From: Acidimicrobiia bacterium
Lineage (GTDB): Bacteria > Actinomycetota > Acidimicrobiia > Acidimicrobiales > JANYDT01
Assembly: GCA_025359845.1 (NCBI GenBank)
Contig: JANYDT010000185.1
Location: 7,935-71,934 of the forward strand
Reading direction: 5' to 3'
Length of the DNA stretch: 64,000 nucleotides
The notes under the pieces were generated by a model. It saw only the letters and a list, made by a program, of their open reading frames with translations. It did not search any database and was not told the DNA's origin. Position numbers and translations under genes: made by a program. Of the stretch, positions 9,547-20,732 are shown piece after piece. The stretch's first letter is position 1, and each line of letters starts with the position of its first letter.

Positions 9547-10377
9547 GTGTGGCAGCCTGAGGGCATGAACGCCATCAAGCCTGTGGATGCCGCCTCGGCC
9601 AGCCGGGTTAGCTTCTTCATCACGTGCATGGTCGACGTATTTGCCCCCGATGTGGGTGAAGCGGCGGTGCGAATGCTGCGCGAGAGTGGTTGCGAGGTGA
9701 GCTGCCCACTCGGACAGACTTGCTGCGGGCAGCCGGCATGGAACTCCGGGTTTGCGGCCGACGCAGCGCGAGTGGCTCGCACGAGCCTTGACGCCCTCGA
9801 AGCCGACGACGCCGATGCTGTCGTCGTGCCCGCCGGTTCGTGCGCCACCATGATCAAGGTCTTCTGGCCGGAACTTTTCGAATTGGTCGGCGATCATGAC
9901 GCCGCGGCGCGGGCCCAGCGGTTGGGGGCCAAGACCTTCGAACTGACATCTTTCCTTGACGCCCGCCCATCCCCGAACCGGGTCGACCAGAGTGCACCCG
10001 CGCACCGGGGCCCCACGATCGCTTACCACCACTCCTGTCACATGCTGCGCGAGCTGCGCATCCACGACGCTCCGTTGGCGCTGTTGGAACGGGCCGGGTG
10101 CACGATCGCCGATTGGCCCGACGGTGACCGCTGCTGCGGCTTCGGCGGATTGTTCAGCGTGAAACTGCCTGAGACGAGCGTGGCCATGGCCGAGGCCAAG
10201 CTGGCGTCGCTCCCGGCCGAGGTCGAGATGGTCGTGGGATCGGACTCGTCGTGCCTCATGCACCTGGCCGGCCGGGCCAAGGCAGAGGGCCGCACGATCG
10301 CCTTCCGCCACACGGCCGAAGTCATCGCCGCTGCGGCCATCGCCGGTGCGGCCATCCCCAGGAAGGGGCAAGCATGA
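9547..10377 (+). CDS. lutA: lactate utilisation protein A ((Fe-S)-binding CCG-domain oxidoreductase)
   Basis: VSFFITCMVDVF...CPLGQTCCGQPAWNSGF and a second CCG motif CCGFGG. Alternative start ATG 9565. ATGA overlap with lutB. Confidence 0.85.
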   Translation: MWQPEGMNAIKPVDAASASRVSFFITCMVDVFAPDVGEAAVRMLRESGCEVSCPLGQTCCGQPAWNSGFAADAARVARTSLDALEADDADAVVVPAGSCATMIKVFWPELFELVGDHDAAARAQRLGAKTFELTSFLDARPSPNRVDQSAPAHRGPTIAYHHSCHMLRELRIHDAPLALLERAGCTIADWPDGDRCCGFGGLFSVKLPETSVAMAEAKLASLPAEVEMVVGSDSSCLMHLAGRAKAEGRTIAFRHTAEVIAAAAIAGAAIPRKGQA

Positions 10378-11789
10378 GCGGACACCACACCCTCGGAACG
10401 GCGACGCTGCGGGAGCGCCAGGCCAGCGCTGTCGCCGACACTGCGCTACGGGGCAAGCTGGCCCGCGCTTCGGAGATCTTCACCACCCGCAAAGCTGGAG
10501 CTTTCGCGCTGATCGACGATGTCGATGGGCTGCGCCAAGCGGCGCGGTCCATCCGCAGCGACATCAATTCCCGTCTTCCGAGTGTCTTGGAGCGGTTTGC
10601 CGACAACGTGATGGCGGCCGGCGGCAACATCTGTTGGGCGAAAACGGGCGCGGAAGCCAACGCCTACATAGTGAATGTTGCGAAGCGCATCGGGGCCAAG
10701 ACGGCGGCCAAAGGCAAGTCGATGGCGACTGAAGAGATCGAGCTGAACGGCGCGCTGGAGGCGGCCGGCTGCGAGGTGGTCGAAACCGATCTCGGCGAGT
10801 GGATCATCCAGCTCGACGAACAGACGCCGAGCCACATCATTGCCCCGGCCATCCATCTCGACCGTTACGACATCGCCCGCATCTTCGACGAACGGGCCAA
10901 CGCCGGTGGCATAGAACCGATTCCCGAAGTCATGAATGCATTCGCCCGGGGTCGCCTGCGCGAGAAGTTTCTCGCCGCCGAATTGGGGGTTACGGGTTGC
11001 AATCTGGCCATTGCCGAGAGCGGCTCGATTTTGCTGGTCGAGAACGAGGGCAACGGACGGATGAGTTCGACGTTGCCTCGCGTGCATATCGCCGTGATGG
11101 GCATGGAGCGCATTGTCGAAACGTGGGCCGAAGCCGATCTGATTGTCAACTTGCTGGCCCGTTCCGGTACCGGTCAACACATTAGCGTTTACACCAACAT
11201 CGTGACCGGGCCACGGAGGCCCGAAGATGTCGATGGGCCCGAAGAGTTTCACGTAGTGATTCTCGACAACGGCCGCAGCGAACTGCTGGCTTCGGATCTG
11301 CACGAGATGCTCGATTGCATTCGCTGCGGTGCGTGCCTCAACGTCTGCCCGGTCTACCGCCAAACCGGAGGTCACGCCTACGGATGGGTTTATTCAGGGC
11401 CGATGGGGGCAGTGCTGACGCCGTTGCTGGCGGGCCATGTCGAGGGATCGCAGGAGCTGGCCAATGCGTCGACGCTGTGCGGCGCGTGCATGGACGCCTG
11501 CCCCGTCGGCATCCCGTTGCAGGACTTGTTGCTGAGTCTGCGCCGTACCAAGGCCGCGAAGGCAGGGGCAGCCGAAAAGGCGGGGTGGAGGGCATGGTCA
11601 GCGGCGTGGTCACACCGCTCCATCTACGAGGCCAGCGTCGTGGCCGCGACCAGTCCGGCCCGCAAGCTCGCGGGTTCGCGGGTCGCGACCAAGCTCGTGC
11701 CCGGCGCCGGTCGATGGGCACTGGGACGGGAACTGCCGACACCGGCGTCGTCGTCGTTCCGGTCGCGTTGGAAGAAGGGCGACCTATGA
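10374..11789 (+). CDS. lutB: lactate utilisation protein B (4Fe-4S ferredoxin-type)
   Basis: ORF 10251..11789 trimmed to ATG 10374, which overlaps the lutA stop. Contains CIRCGACLNVCPVY and CGACMDACPV clusters plus a LUD domain. Confidence 0.85.
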   Translation: MSGHHTLGTATLRERQASAVADTALRGKLARASEIFTTRKAGAFALIDDVDGLRQAARSIRSDINSRLPSVLERFADNVMAAGGNICWAKTGAEANAYIVNVAKRIGAKTAAKGKSMATEEIELNGALEAAGCEVVETDLGEWIIQLDEQTPSHIIAPAIHLDRYDIARIFDERANAGGIEPIPEVMNAFARGRLREKFLAAELGVTGCNLAIAESGSILLVENEGNGRMSSTLPRVHIAVMGMERIVETWAEADLIVNLLARSGTGQHISVYTNIVTGPRRPEDVDGPEEFHVVILDNGRSELLASDLHEMLDCIRCGACLNVCPVYRQTGGHAYGWVYSGPMGAVLTPLLAGHVEGSQELANASTLCGACMDACPVGIPLQDLLLSLRRTKAAKAGAAEKAGWRAWSAAWSHRSIYEASVVAATSPARKLAGSRVATKLVPGAGRWALGRELPTPASSSFRSRWKKGDL

Positions 11790-12463
11790 ACGGTCGAGAG
11801 CCGGTGCCCGTTCGGGGCCAGCAGTCCGGCGACCGCCATGCCTTCCTCGCCGGCGCGCACGCACGGGTCATGAAGGCGGTGCCGGCCAATTCGGCCCATC
11901 CCCGCGCCGCCCGCCCATTGACCGTTCCGATCACGCGCACGGCCGCCCTCGATTCGCACGATCTGATCGGCTCGTTCGTGCGCAACGCGGAGGCCGTTGG
12001 TGCGGTCGTGTATCGGGTGCGCGACCTCGACGGCGCCGGGGAGGCGCTCGAGCAGATCATCGACGCTGAGGGCGCTACCCGGATCGTCACGAGCGATGCG
12101 CCTATGGCCCGTGAACTCGGGGCGAGGGTCGCAGCCCTGCGCTATGACCGAGCCACCGGTGCTCTCGCCGATATTGGACTCACCGAGCCATTTGCGGCGA
12201 TTGCGTCGACGGGGACACTCGTACAGCGCAGCGACGATGAAGGCGGTCGGGGCGCGAGCCTTTTACCGCGAGTTCACGTGGCGCTGTTATCCGCCGGTCG
12301 AATTGTCGCCTCGAGCGCCGATGTCCTTCGGGCAATATCGGATCGACCGCTGCCGGCCAACGTGGCGCTCATCACCGGCCCGAGTCGGACCGGTGACATC
12401 GAGATGATCCTCACGATGGGCGTGCACGGCCCGCTGCGAGTTCACATCGTGCTCATCGGCTGA
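11786..12463 (+). CDS. lutC: lactate utilisation protein C (LUD domain)
   Basis: ORF 11315..12463 trimmed to ATG 11786 (ATGA overlap with the lutB stop). Third gene of the conserved lutABC/ykgEFG cluster. Confidence 0.75.
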   Translation: MNGREPVPVRGQQSGDRHAFLAGAHARVMKAVPANSAHPRAARPLTVPITRTAALDSHDLIGSFVRNAEAVGAVVYRVRDLDGAGEALEQIIDAEGATRIVTSDAPMARELGARVAALRYDRATGALADIGLTEPFAAIASTGTLVQRSDDEGGRGASLLPRVHVALLSAGRIVASSADVLRAISDRPLPANVALITGPSRTGDIEMILTMGVHGPLRVHIVLIG

Positions 12464-12769
12464 CTTGACCGATCGAAAGGCGAAGTCGAGGTCCCAATTT
12501 CGGAGATTTGCTCCGGAGAAGCAGCCCCGGGAGCACGACTGTTGAGATCGAACTCGGCCTTTTCGCCCGAGCATCGATCACTCCAAGGCCCCAGTCTGGC
12601 CGACCGTGATGCCTATCAGTCGGCGTCCCAAACCTGTTTGACACTCCTTTATGACGACGGCGAGCGTGAACCTATGTCACTCCAACAGTCCGTCGGTGCG
12701 TCAAACGTCTTTCCGGCTAAACCCTCGTCTTCACGAGAATGGCGCGAGGATTCGCAACAATGAGGTGAT

Positions 12770-13207
12770 TTGGCGCTACCATCTGCGCCCATGGCAACCG
12801 CTAAAAAAGCCCCCAAGAAGAAGCCCATGAGCAACGAGCACAAGGCCGCACTGGCTCGTGGTCGTGAACACGGCCGGGCTGTGAAGAATTACCTCGAAGC
12901 ACTGTCCGCCAACAAGCCAAAGCGTGGCCGCAAGCGCACGCCCGATTCGATCAACAAGCGTCTGCACATCATCGCCGAAGAACTCGATGGCGCCGATCCC
13001 CTCAACACCTTGCTGCTCACCCAGGAGCAGGCCAACCTCGAGACCGAGTTGGGTCAGATGGAAGACCGCTTCGATATCACCGACTACGAGGCCGCTTTCG
13101 TTGAGTCGGCCGCCGAATATGGCGAGAGCAAGGGTATTACCTACAACACCTGGCGCCGTATGGGCATTGAGCCCACCGTCCTTAAGGCCGCCGGCATCAC
13201 TCGTTAG
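12770..13207 (+). CDS. hypothetical protein with Lys-rich basic N-terminus
   Basis: ORF with coding-like composition. N-terminus ATAKKAPKKKP...KPKRGRKRTP, acidic middle, C-terminus GITYNTWRRMGIEPTVLKAAGITR. I cannot name a family. Start is TTG 12770 or ATG 12791. Confidence 0.55.
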   Translation: MALPSAPMATAKKAPKKKPMSNEHKAALARGREHGRAVKNYLEALSANKPKRGRKRTPDSINKRLHIIAEELDGADPLNTLLLTQEQANLETELGQMEDRFDITDYEAAFVESAAEYGESKGITYNTWRRMGIEPTVLKAAGITR

Positions 13208-14500
13208 TCAATCGATTGCGAGCAGTGCGTCCACCGTTCGGTGGACGTGCTGTAGCGACCGATCCAGATCAAAGGCGCGGTCGAGAACTTCCGCCGAAAC
13301 CGTGACCCGAGTATCAGCTTCGAGCAATGTGCGAAACGATTGTTCCCCGTCCCATGCCCGCATCGCGTTGTCTTGCACTATGCGATAAGCGTCATCGCGG
13401 GTCATTCCCGCTGCGACCAGGGCTAGAAGCACCGGCTGGCTAAACACCAGACCGAAGCTGGCATCGAGATTCGAGCGCATGCGATCGACCCGCACCACGA
13501 GTCCATCGATCAGCTCCGCCGCCTTTACCAGTGAGTAGTGCGCCAACAGCGACGAGTCGGGCAAGACAATCCGCTCGACCGAAGAGTGACTAATGTCACG
13601 TTCGTGCCATAGCGCAACGTTTTCCAGTCCGGCAATCACGTTCGAACGCAAGATGCGAGCCAGACCGCTGAGCGCCTCGGATTTAATCGGATTCCGCTTA
13701 TGGGGCATGGCCGAACTGCCCTTTTGACCTGCTCGAAATGCCTCTTGGACTTCGCGCACTTCGGTGCGTTGCAGATGGCGGATCTCGACCGCCATAGTCT
13801 CGATCGTCGCCCCGATCTACGCGCAGGTATAGAGGTACTGAGCGTGGCGATCTCGCGCCACCACCTGGGTGCCCGGGACCGGCGTGAGCCCGAGAGCGGC
13901 ACATACGTGCGCTTCAATCGCCGGGTCGATGTTGGAATACGTCCCTACCGCTCCGCTCAGCTTGCCGACCGCAACCGCCTTTCGGGTGACCTGGAGCCGA
14001 TCGCGGTCGCGAGCCACCGCCAGGCCCCATAGGGCCAACTTGGCGCCGAATGTGGTCGGTTCGGCGTGGACGCCGTGGGTCCTTCCGATCACCGGAGTCA
14101 TTGCGAACTCGATGGCACGGCGCTTCAAGACGTCTATCAGCGCCGTCGCGGCCCGAATCAGTACGTCGCAGGATTGGGTGAGCGCCATGCACTGGGCGGT
14201 GTCGACCACGTCGGTCGATGTCAGCCCGTAATGCACCCACTTGCCTGCTGGTTCCCCGACGTGACCTTGCACTACGTCTACGAACGCAGCCACGTCATGA
14301 TCGGTGATTTTCTCCCGTTCCCGGACTTCTTCGGGCGATGCCGCGGAGTTGAGCCGAATCGCCGCGGCCGCTTCCGGAGGCACGACGCCCAGCGCGGCCC
14401 ACGCTTCGGTGGCGAGGACTTCTACGAGGATCCAGCGCTCAAGCTTGGCCTCCTCGGTCCAGATTGCAGCCATTTCGGGCAGGCAATACCGGGGAATCAT
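13208..14500 (-). pseudogene. purB: adenylosuccinate lyase interrupted by one in-frame TAG (13817-13819)
   Basis: ORFs 13817..14500 and 13208..13795 are the N- and C-terminal parts of PurB in the same frame. The junction reads QYLYTCA-TAG-IGATIETMAVEIRHLQRTEVREV, with signature SSAMPHKRNP downstream. The total of 430 codons fits PurB. Confidence 0.85.
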
Positions 14501-15837
14501 CGGATGATTCCTGCGACCGGGACGACTTGGTCACGCTCTGCGCCGACCCCGACGTAGGTCAGGTTGGCGCCGGTCGTTTCGCCGATGAAGCCCAGATATC
14601 TACGGGCATTGGCGGGCAGGTCGTCATGGTGACGGATTTCGGTGAGGTCGGACTCCCAGCCCGGGAGTTGCTCGTAGATGGGCACGGCCCGCGCCAGCAT
14701 TCGCAGATCCAGCGGCATATGGTCGAAGCGCTGGCCATCGATCTCGTAGGCGGTACAGATCTTCACGATGGGCAGCACGTCGAGAATATCGAGCTTCGTG
14801 ACCGCCAGTTCGGTCAAACCATTGAGCCGGATGGCCTGGCGCAACATGACGAGATCGAGCCAGCCGCATCGACGCCGACGGCCCGTAACCGTTCCGAATT
14901 CACGACCTCGCTCCTGCAGCAATTCGCCCGTTTCATCGTGGAGCTCGGTGGGGAAGGGTCCGGCGCCGACCCGGGTCACGTAGGCCTTGGCGATACCCAC
15001 CACACGATTGATGTGGCGGGGCCCGACCCCTGCGCCCACGCACGCAAAACCAGCAACCGGATTCGACGATGTAACGAACGGGTAGGTTCCGTGGTCGATG
15101 TCGAGGAAGGTGGCTTGAGCACCCTCGAAGAGCACGTGTTTGCCGGCCTCGAGGGCGGTATGGACCGTGTCGACTGTGTCGGCCACTAGCGGGATGAGTC
15201 GCGGCGCATACTCATCAAGGTAGGTGGTCGCGATTGCATCGGCATCGAGAGGTTCGCGGCCGTACACCTTGGTGAGGATCGCGTTCTTTTCCGCCATAAG
15301 CACGTTGAGCTTGCTTCGGAACTCGGTGGGATCGAGCAGATCTTGGACTCGTAAGCCGATCCGCCCGGCTTTGTCCTGGTAGGCCGGACCGATACCGTTG
15401 CGGGTGGTGCCAAGCGCGTTGGCGCCCCGCGCTTCTTCGGCGAGCGTGTCGAAGATCGGATGATGCGGCAAAATCAAATGTGCGTTGGCGCTGAGCTGTA
15501 AGCCGCTCGTATCGATGCCCCGCCCCGCGAGCATGTCGAGTTCGGCAATGAGGGTCACGGGATCAACGACCACCCCGTTGCCGATCACCGTTGTTTTTCC
15601 GGGGTGCAGCATGCCCGACGGGACGAGTCGGAAGGCGAAACGCTGCCCGTCGACCACCACCGTGTGTCCGGCGTTATGACCGCCTTGGTACCGGACAATG
15701 ACGTCGGCCTCTCCGGCGAGGAGGTCGATAAGTTTCGCCTTACCCTCATCGCCCCATTGTGTTCCGAGCACGACGGTTCCTGGCACGGTGCCCAACACTA
15801 CCGTGCGCGAATGGTCGCATTGTTGGTCAGACGCCAA
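14497..15837 (-). CDS. purA: adenylosuccinate synthetase
   Basis: VLGTQWGDEGKAKLIDLL...GGHNAGHTVV...GIGPAYQDK...TTRNGIGP motifs. The stop overlaps the purB start (ATGA). Start is uncertain: TTG 15837, GTG 15798 or GTG 15786. Confidence 0.9.
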   Translation of the reverse strand: MASDQQCDHSRTVVLGTVPGTVVLGTQWGDEGKAKLIDLLAGEADVIVRYQGGHNAGHTVVVDGQRFAFRLVPSGMLHPGKTTVIGNGVVVDPVTLIAELDMLAGRGIDTSGLQLSANAHLILPHHPIFDTLAEEARGANALGTTRNGIGPAYQDKAGRIGLRVQDLLDPTEFRSKLNVLMAEKNAILTKVYGREPLDADAIATTYLDEYAPRLIPLVADTVDTVHTALEAGKHVLFEGAQATFLDIDHGTYPFVTSSNPVAGFACVGAGVGPRHINRVVGIAKAYVTRVGAGPFPTELHDETGELLQERGREFGTVTGRRRRCGWLDLVMLRQAIRLNGLTELAVTKLDILDVLPIVKICTAYEIDGQRFDHMPLDLRMLARAVPIYEQLPGWESDLTEIRHHDDLPANARRYLGFIGETTGANLTYVGVGAERDQVVPVAGIIR

Positions 15838-15943
15838 AAGCGCGCCAACTCCGGAAAAACACCGGCGATGACGCGCTTTTAGCGGCGGGGAAAGATTCTA
15901 AGTGAGCGGGCCTGAGCCCGGCTAGTGCCTCAACCACAAACCC

Positions 15944-15997
15944 ACGCCTCGTCCGGCAGCTGCGCTGCCAGGCGAAATACGGCGTAGGACGAGGCGT
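15944..15997 (-). terminator. hairpin downstream of the surface-protein gene
   Basis: 11-bp arms ACGCCTCGTCC / GGACGAGGCGT with an internal GGCAGC..GCTGCC stem. On the minus strand it is followed by GGGTTTGTGG. Lies 50 nt after the stop at 16048. Confidence 0.4.
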
Positions 15998-16047
15998 AGG
16001 ATTGTGGTCACGGCACTAGCAGGAAGCGACCTAGTGAGTGGGTCGGC

Positions 16048-17910
16048 CTAGAGGCGAATTCCTAGGCTATGGCGGGACGCTTTGCGACCGGTGAATGCGA
16101 GGAAGAAGCCGATGAGCACGAGGCCGAATCCGAGGAGCGCCAAACTGCTGGAGCGCGAGCCGGTGTAGACGAGGGCTTTCACGACCGGAGGGGTCGTGGG
16201 TGGCACCGTCTGTGGCGGCTCGGTCTTGGCCACCGTGGGCGGCGTGGTGGGCGGCATTGTCGTGGGCGGTGCCGTCGTGGGCGGCGCCGTAGTCGGCGGT
16301 GTCGTCGGCGCCAGGGTCGTCGGCGCAACAGTCGTCGGCGGAACCGTCGGCGTCGTGGCGTAGATGATGATCGTCGGCACCGCCGTGGTCGTGGTGGCCG
16401 CCGTCGTGGTTGTCGCGGCGGCGGTGGTCGTGGTCGCGGCCGCGGCCGCGGTGGTGGTTGTCGCGGCGGCCGTAGTGGTTGTCGCGGCCGCCGTGGTGGT
16501 GGTCGCGGGCTTCGTCGTTGTTGTGTCCGCCACCGTGGTTGTGGTGGCTTGGGTCGTAGTCGTGGCCTTCGTCGTAGTGGCTTCCGAACTGGTCGGAGGG
16601 GTAGTCACGGGCCTCGACGTCGTGGTTTCAGGGACGGTGGTGGTGGTGGCTTTGGTGGTGGTGGTCGTGTCCGGCACGGTGGTGGTGGTGGCTTTGGTGG
16701 TCGTCGTGTCCGGCTCGGTGGTGGTCGTGGCCATGGTAGTCGTGGTCGTGTCCGCGACGGTGGTCGTGGTTTGAGGGACTGTGGTGGTGGTGGCTTTGGT
16801 GGTCGTCGTGTCCGGAACGGTGGTGGTCGTGGACGTCGTGGTGGTGTCGGGGACGGTGGTGGTCGTGGACGTCGTGGTGGTGTCCGGAACGGTGGTGGTC
16901 GTGGTGGTGGACGTCGTGGTCGTCGTCCAGTTGACCGTGACCTTCTCGATCAGGGTCACCGTCGTGGGCACCGCCGCGATTAGGAGCTGCACCGAATTCG
17001 GGTTGTCGCCCCCCGACGGATGGATGAGGACACGTCCGGCCGGAACCACAACGCTGCCGGAGATCGTGACGCTGGCCGAACCGGCCGGGGTCCCAGCGGG
17101 GATGCGCACGTAGAATGTCTCGCCATTGCTGGCCGACGCTTTCGGGTTTCCGCTGCCATCAACGATCTCGCTGCCGACAGGAGCGCCATCCAAGGTCAAG
17201 GCCAGAGGTCCGGGTGCGGTAGTCGTCACCGTGAAAGGGCCAACCAGGGTGCCCGATGGACCACTGGCGGAAGCGGGCAGCACGGTCAGTGACGGACCCG
17301 GTTCGGGCGGCAAATTGCCCGCCGCGTTGGCCGCGTTGATCAGGAAGGTCGTGATGGTGCCGATCGCCGGGCCGTCGGGTTCGGGCGAGGTGACTCCGGT
17401 ATAGGTGAATCCGTTCGAAAACTTCCAGATGGCCGCTTGGGTCGCCGCCATCGCCGAGTTGTCGGGATCGGTGAGGGTGACGCCGGCCGCCTGGGCCAAG
17501 GCCGTGGAGGTCACCTGCGGATACCCGTGAAGAAGGATGTACAAGATCTTGCCGATCTCGGCCTGGTGGGTGTCGGCCCATACTCCCTCTTGGTAAGTGG
17601 TTCCGGCGGCCGTCGACGTATTGAGGTCGATGCAGTAGGCCCGCACGAGGCTCGAATCCGACAAGGTGACTGTCGCTATCTCCGCGAGTGCAGCCAGGGG
17701 GTTGCCGTTCTGGGTGCCTTCGACATGGCGGGCTTCAGGGCCCCAACCCGTTATTGTTCCCGTGGCCACGACCGCGCTGGCATTGCCTTGGCCGATCAGG
17801 CCGCCGATGGCGGCAATCATGACAGCGGCGCCGACGGCGACCACGCCAATGCCGCCGTTCCGGATGATCCGGGATCGGCGACCGAGAAATCCGTTAGTAC
17901 GCAAACGCAT
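16048..17910 (-). CDS. TQXA thioester-domain surface adhesin with poly-Thr stalk and sortase-type anchor
   Basis: ORF 16048..18150 trimmed to ATG 17910 (AAGGAGA upstream; the longer form would overlap clpB). N-terminal TM/signal GIGVVAVGAAVMIAAIGGLIG. Thioester Cys in RAYCIDLNTS and Gln in ATQAAIWKF. Thr/Pro stalk of about 250 aa. C-terminus is LVYTG + hydrophobic helix + RKASRH. Confidence 0.8.
   Translation of the reverse strand: MRLRTNGFLGRRSRIIRNGGIGVVAVGAAVMIAAIGGLIGQGNASAVVATGTITGWGPEARHVEGTQNGNPLAALAEIATVTLSDSSLVRAYCIDLNTSTAAGTTYQEGVWADTHQAEIGKILYILLHGYPQVTSTALAQAAGVTLTDPDNSAMAATQAAIWKFSNGFTYTGVTSPEPDGPAIGTITTFLINAANAAGNLPPEPGPSLTVLPASASGPSGTLVGPFTVTTTAPGPLALTLDGAPVGSEIVDGSGNPKASASNGETFYVRIPAGTPAGSASVTISGSVVVPAGRVLIHPSGGDNPNSVQLLIAAVPTTVTLIEKVTVNWTTTTTSTTTTTTVPDTTTTSTTTTVPDTTTTSTTTTVPDTTTTKATTTTVPQTTTTVADTTTTTMATTTTEPDTTTTKATTTTVPDTTTTTKATTTTVPETTTSRPVTTPPTSSEATTTKATTTTQATTTTVADTTTTKPATTTTAAATTTTAAATTTTAAAAATTTTAAATTTTAATTTTAVPTIIIYATTPTVPPTTVAPTTLAPTTPPTTAPPTTAPPTTMPPTTPPTVAKTEPPQTVPPTTPPVVKALVYTGSRSSSLALLGFGLVLIGFFLAFTGRKASRHSLGIRL
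16170..16930 (-). repeat. in-frame tandem Thr-rich repeats (units such as TTTTKATTTTVPD, TTTTAAA, PPTTA)
   Basis: The plus strand shows long runs of GGTGGTGGTCGT/GGCTTTGGTGG periodic units. These generate the mirror poly-Val and Arg/Gly ORFs seen in the track. Confidence 0.85.
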
Positions 17911-18109
17911 TGCTGTCTCCTTGAATGAGCTTGGAGACCAATACCGGGGAAGTCGCAACCGCTCCCGTAGCGAACATCGCACAGGAGCGGAGAGGTCTTG
18001 GACCGTGAGCAGGTTCTCACAAATGAATGAATCTTCACTACTGAGAGTAGCAGACAGTATTCGCTGCGCGCGGGGAGTAGTCAAAAATGAGCCATTTGGC
18101 CCAGCTCGG

Positions 18110-20611
<2,502 letters not shown>

Positions 20612-20634
20612 GACGTCTCCTACGTTCGGTCAAA

Positions 20635-20655
20635 CTTGATATAGACCGTAGCAAG
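20635..20655 (-). promoter_or_regulatory. HAIR-like HspR operator upstream of clpB
   Basis: The minus strand reads CTTGCTA-CGGTCTA-TATCAAG (7-N7-7 inverted repeat, arms match 6/7), 24 nt upstream of the clpB GTG. Resembles the HAIR consensus CTTGAGT-N7-ACTCAAG. Confidence 0.5.
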
Positions 20656-20732
20656 TTTCTTGCCATTGATATTCCCGTTCGAGCTAATCCGCCGCTCCCC
20701 TTGGAGCGGCGAAATCTAGCGGGCCTCGTCCG

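Noticed and set aside
13817-13819. TAG in purB as pyrrolysine, or TGA in istA (63665) as selenocysteine
   Set aside because: No pyl or sel genes and no SECIS-like hairpin are visible here. Both codons are used as ordinary stops by neighbouring genes. The aligned residues in homologues are Leu and Trp.
15780-15837. Apparent duplication TVVLGT-VPG-TVVLGT at the purA N-terminus
   Set aside because: The two copies differ at several synonymous positions, so this is not a recent slippage event. It only makes the start-codon choice ambiguous.
16170-16930. Possible CRISPR-like periodic repeats
   Set aside because: The units are contiguous with no unique spacers, are multiples of 3 nt, and lie inside an open reading frame encoding Thr-rich protein repeats.
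16069-17113. Long plus-strand ORFs (304-aa Arg/Gly-rich; poly-Val 136 and 110 aa)
   Set aside because: They are mirror images of the Thr-codon repeat array on the minus strand. Their composition is not protein-like, and the minus-strand gene has clear domain and sorting-signal evidence.
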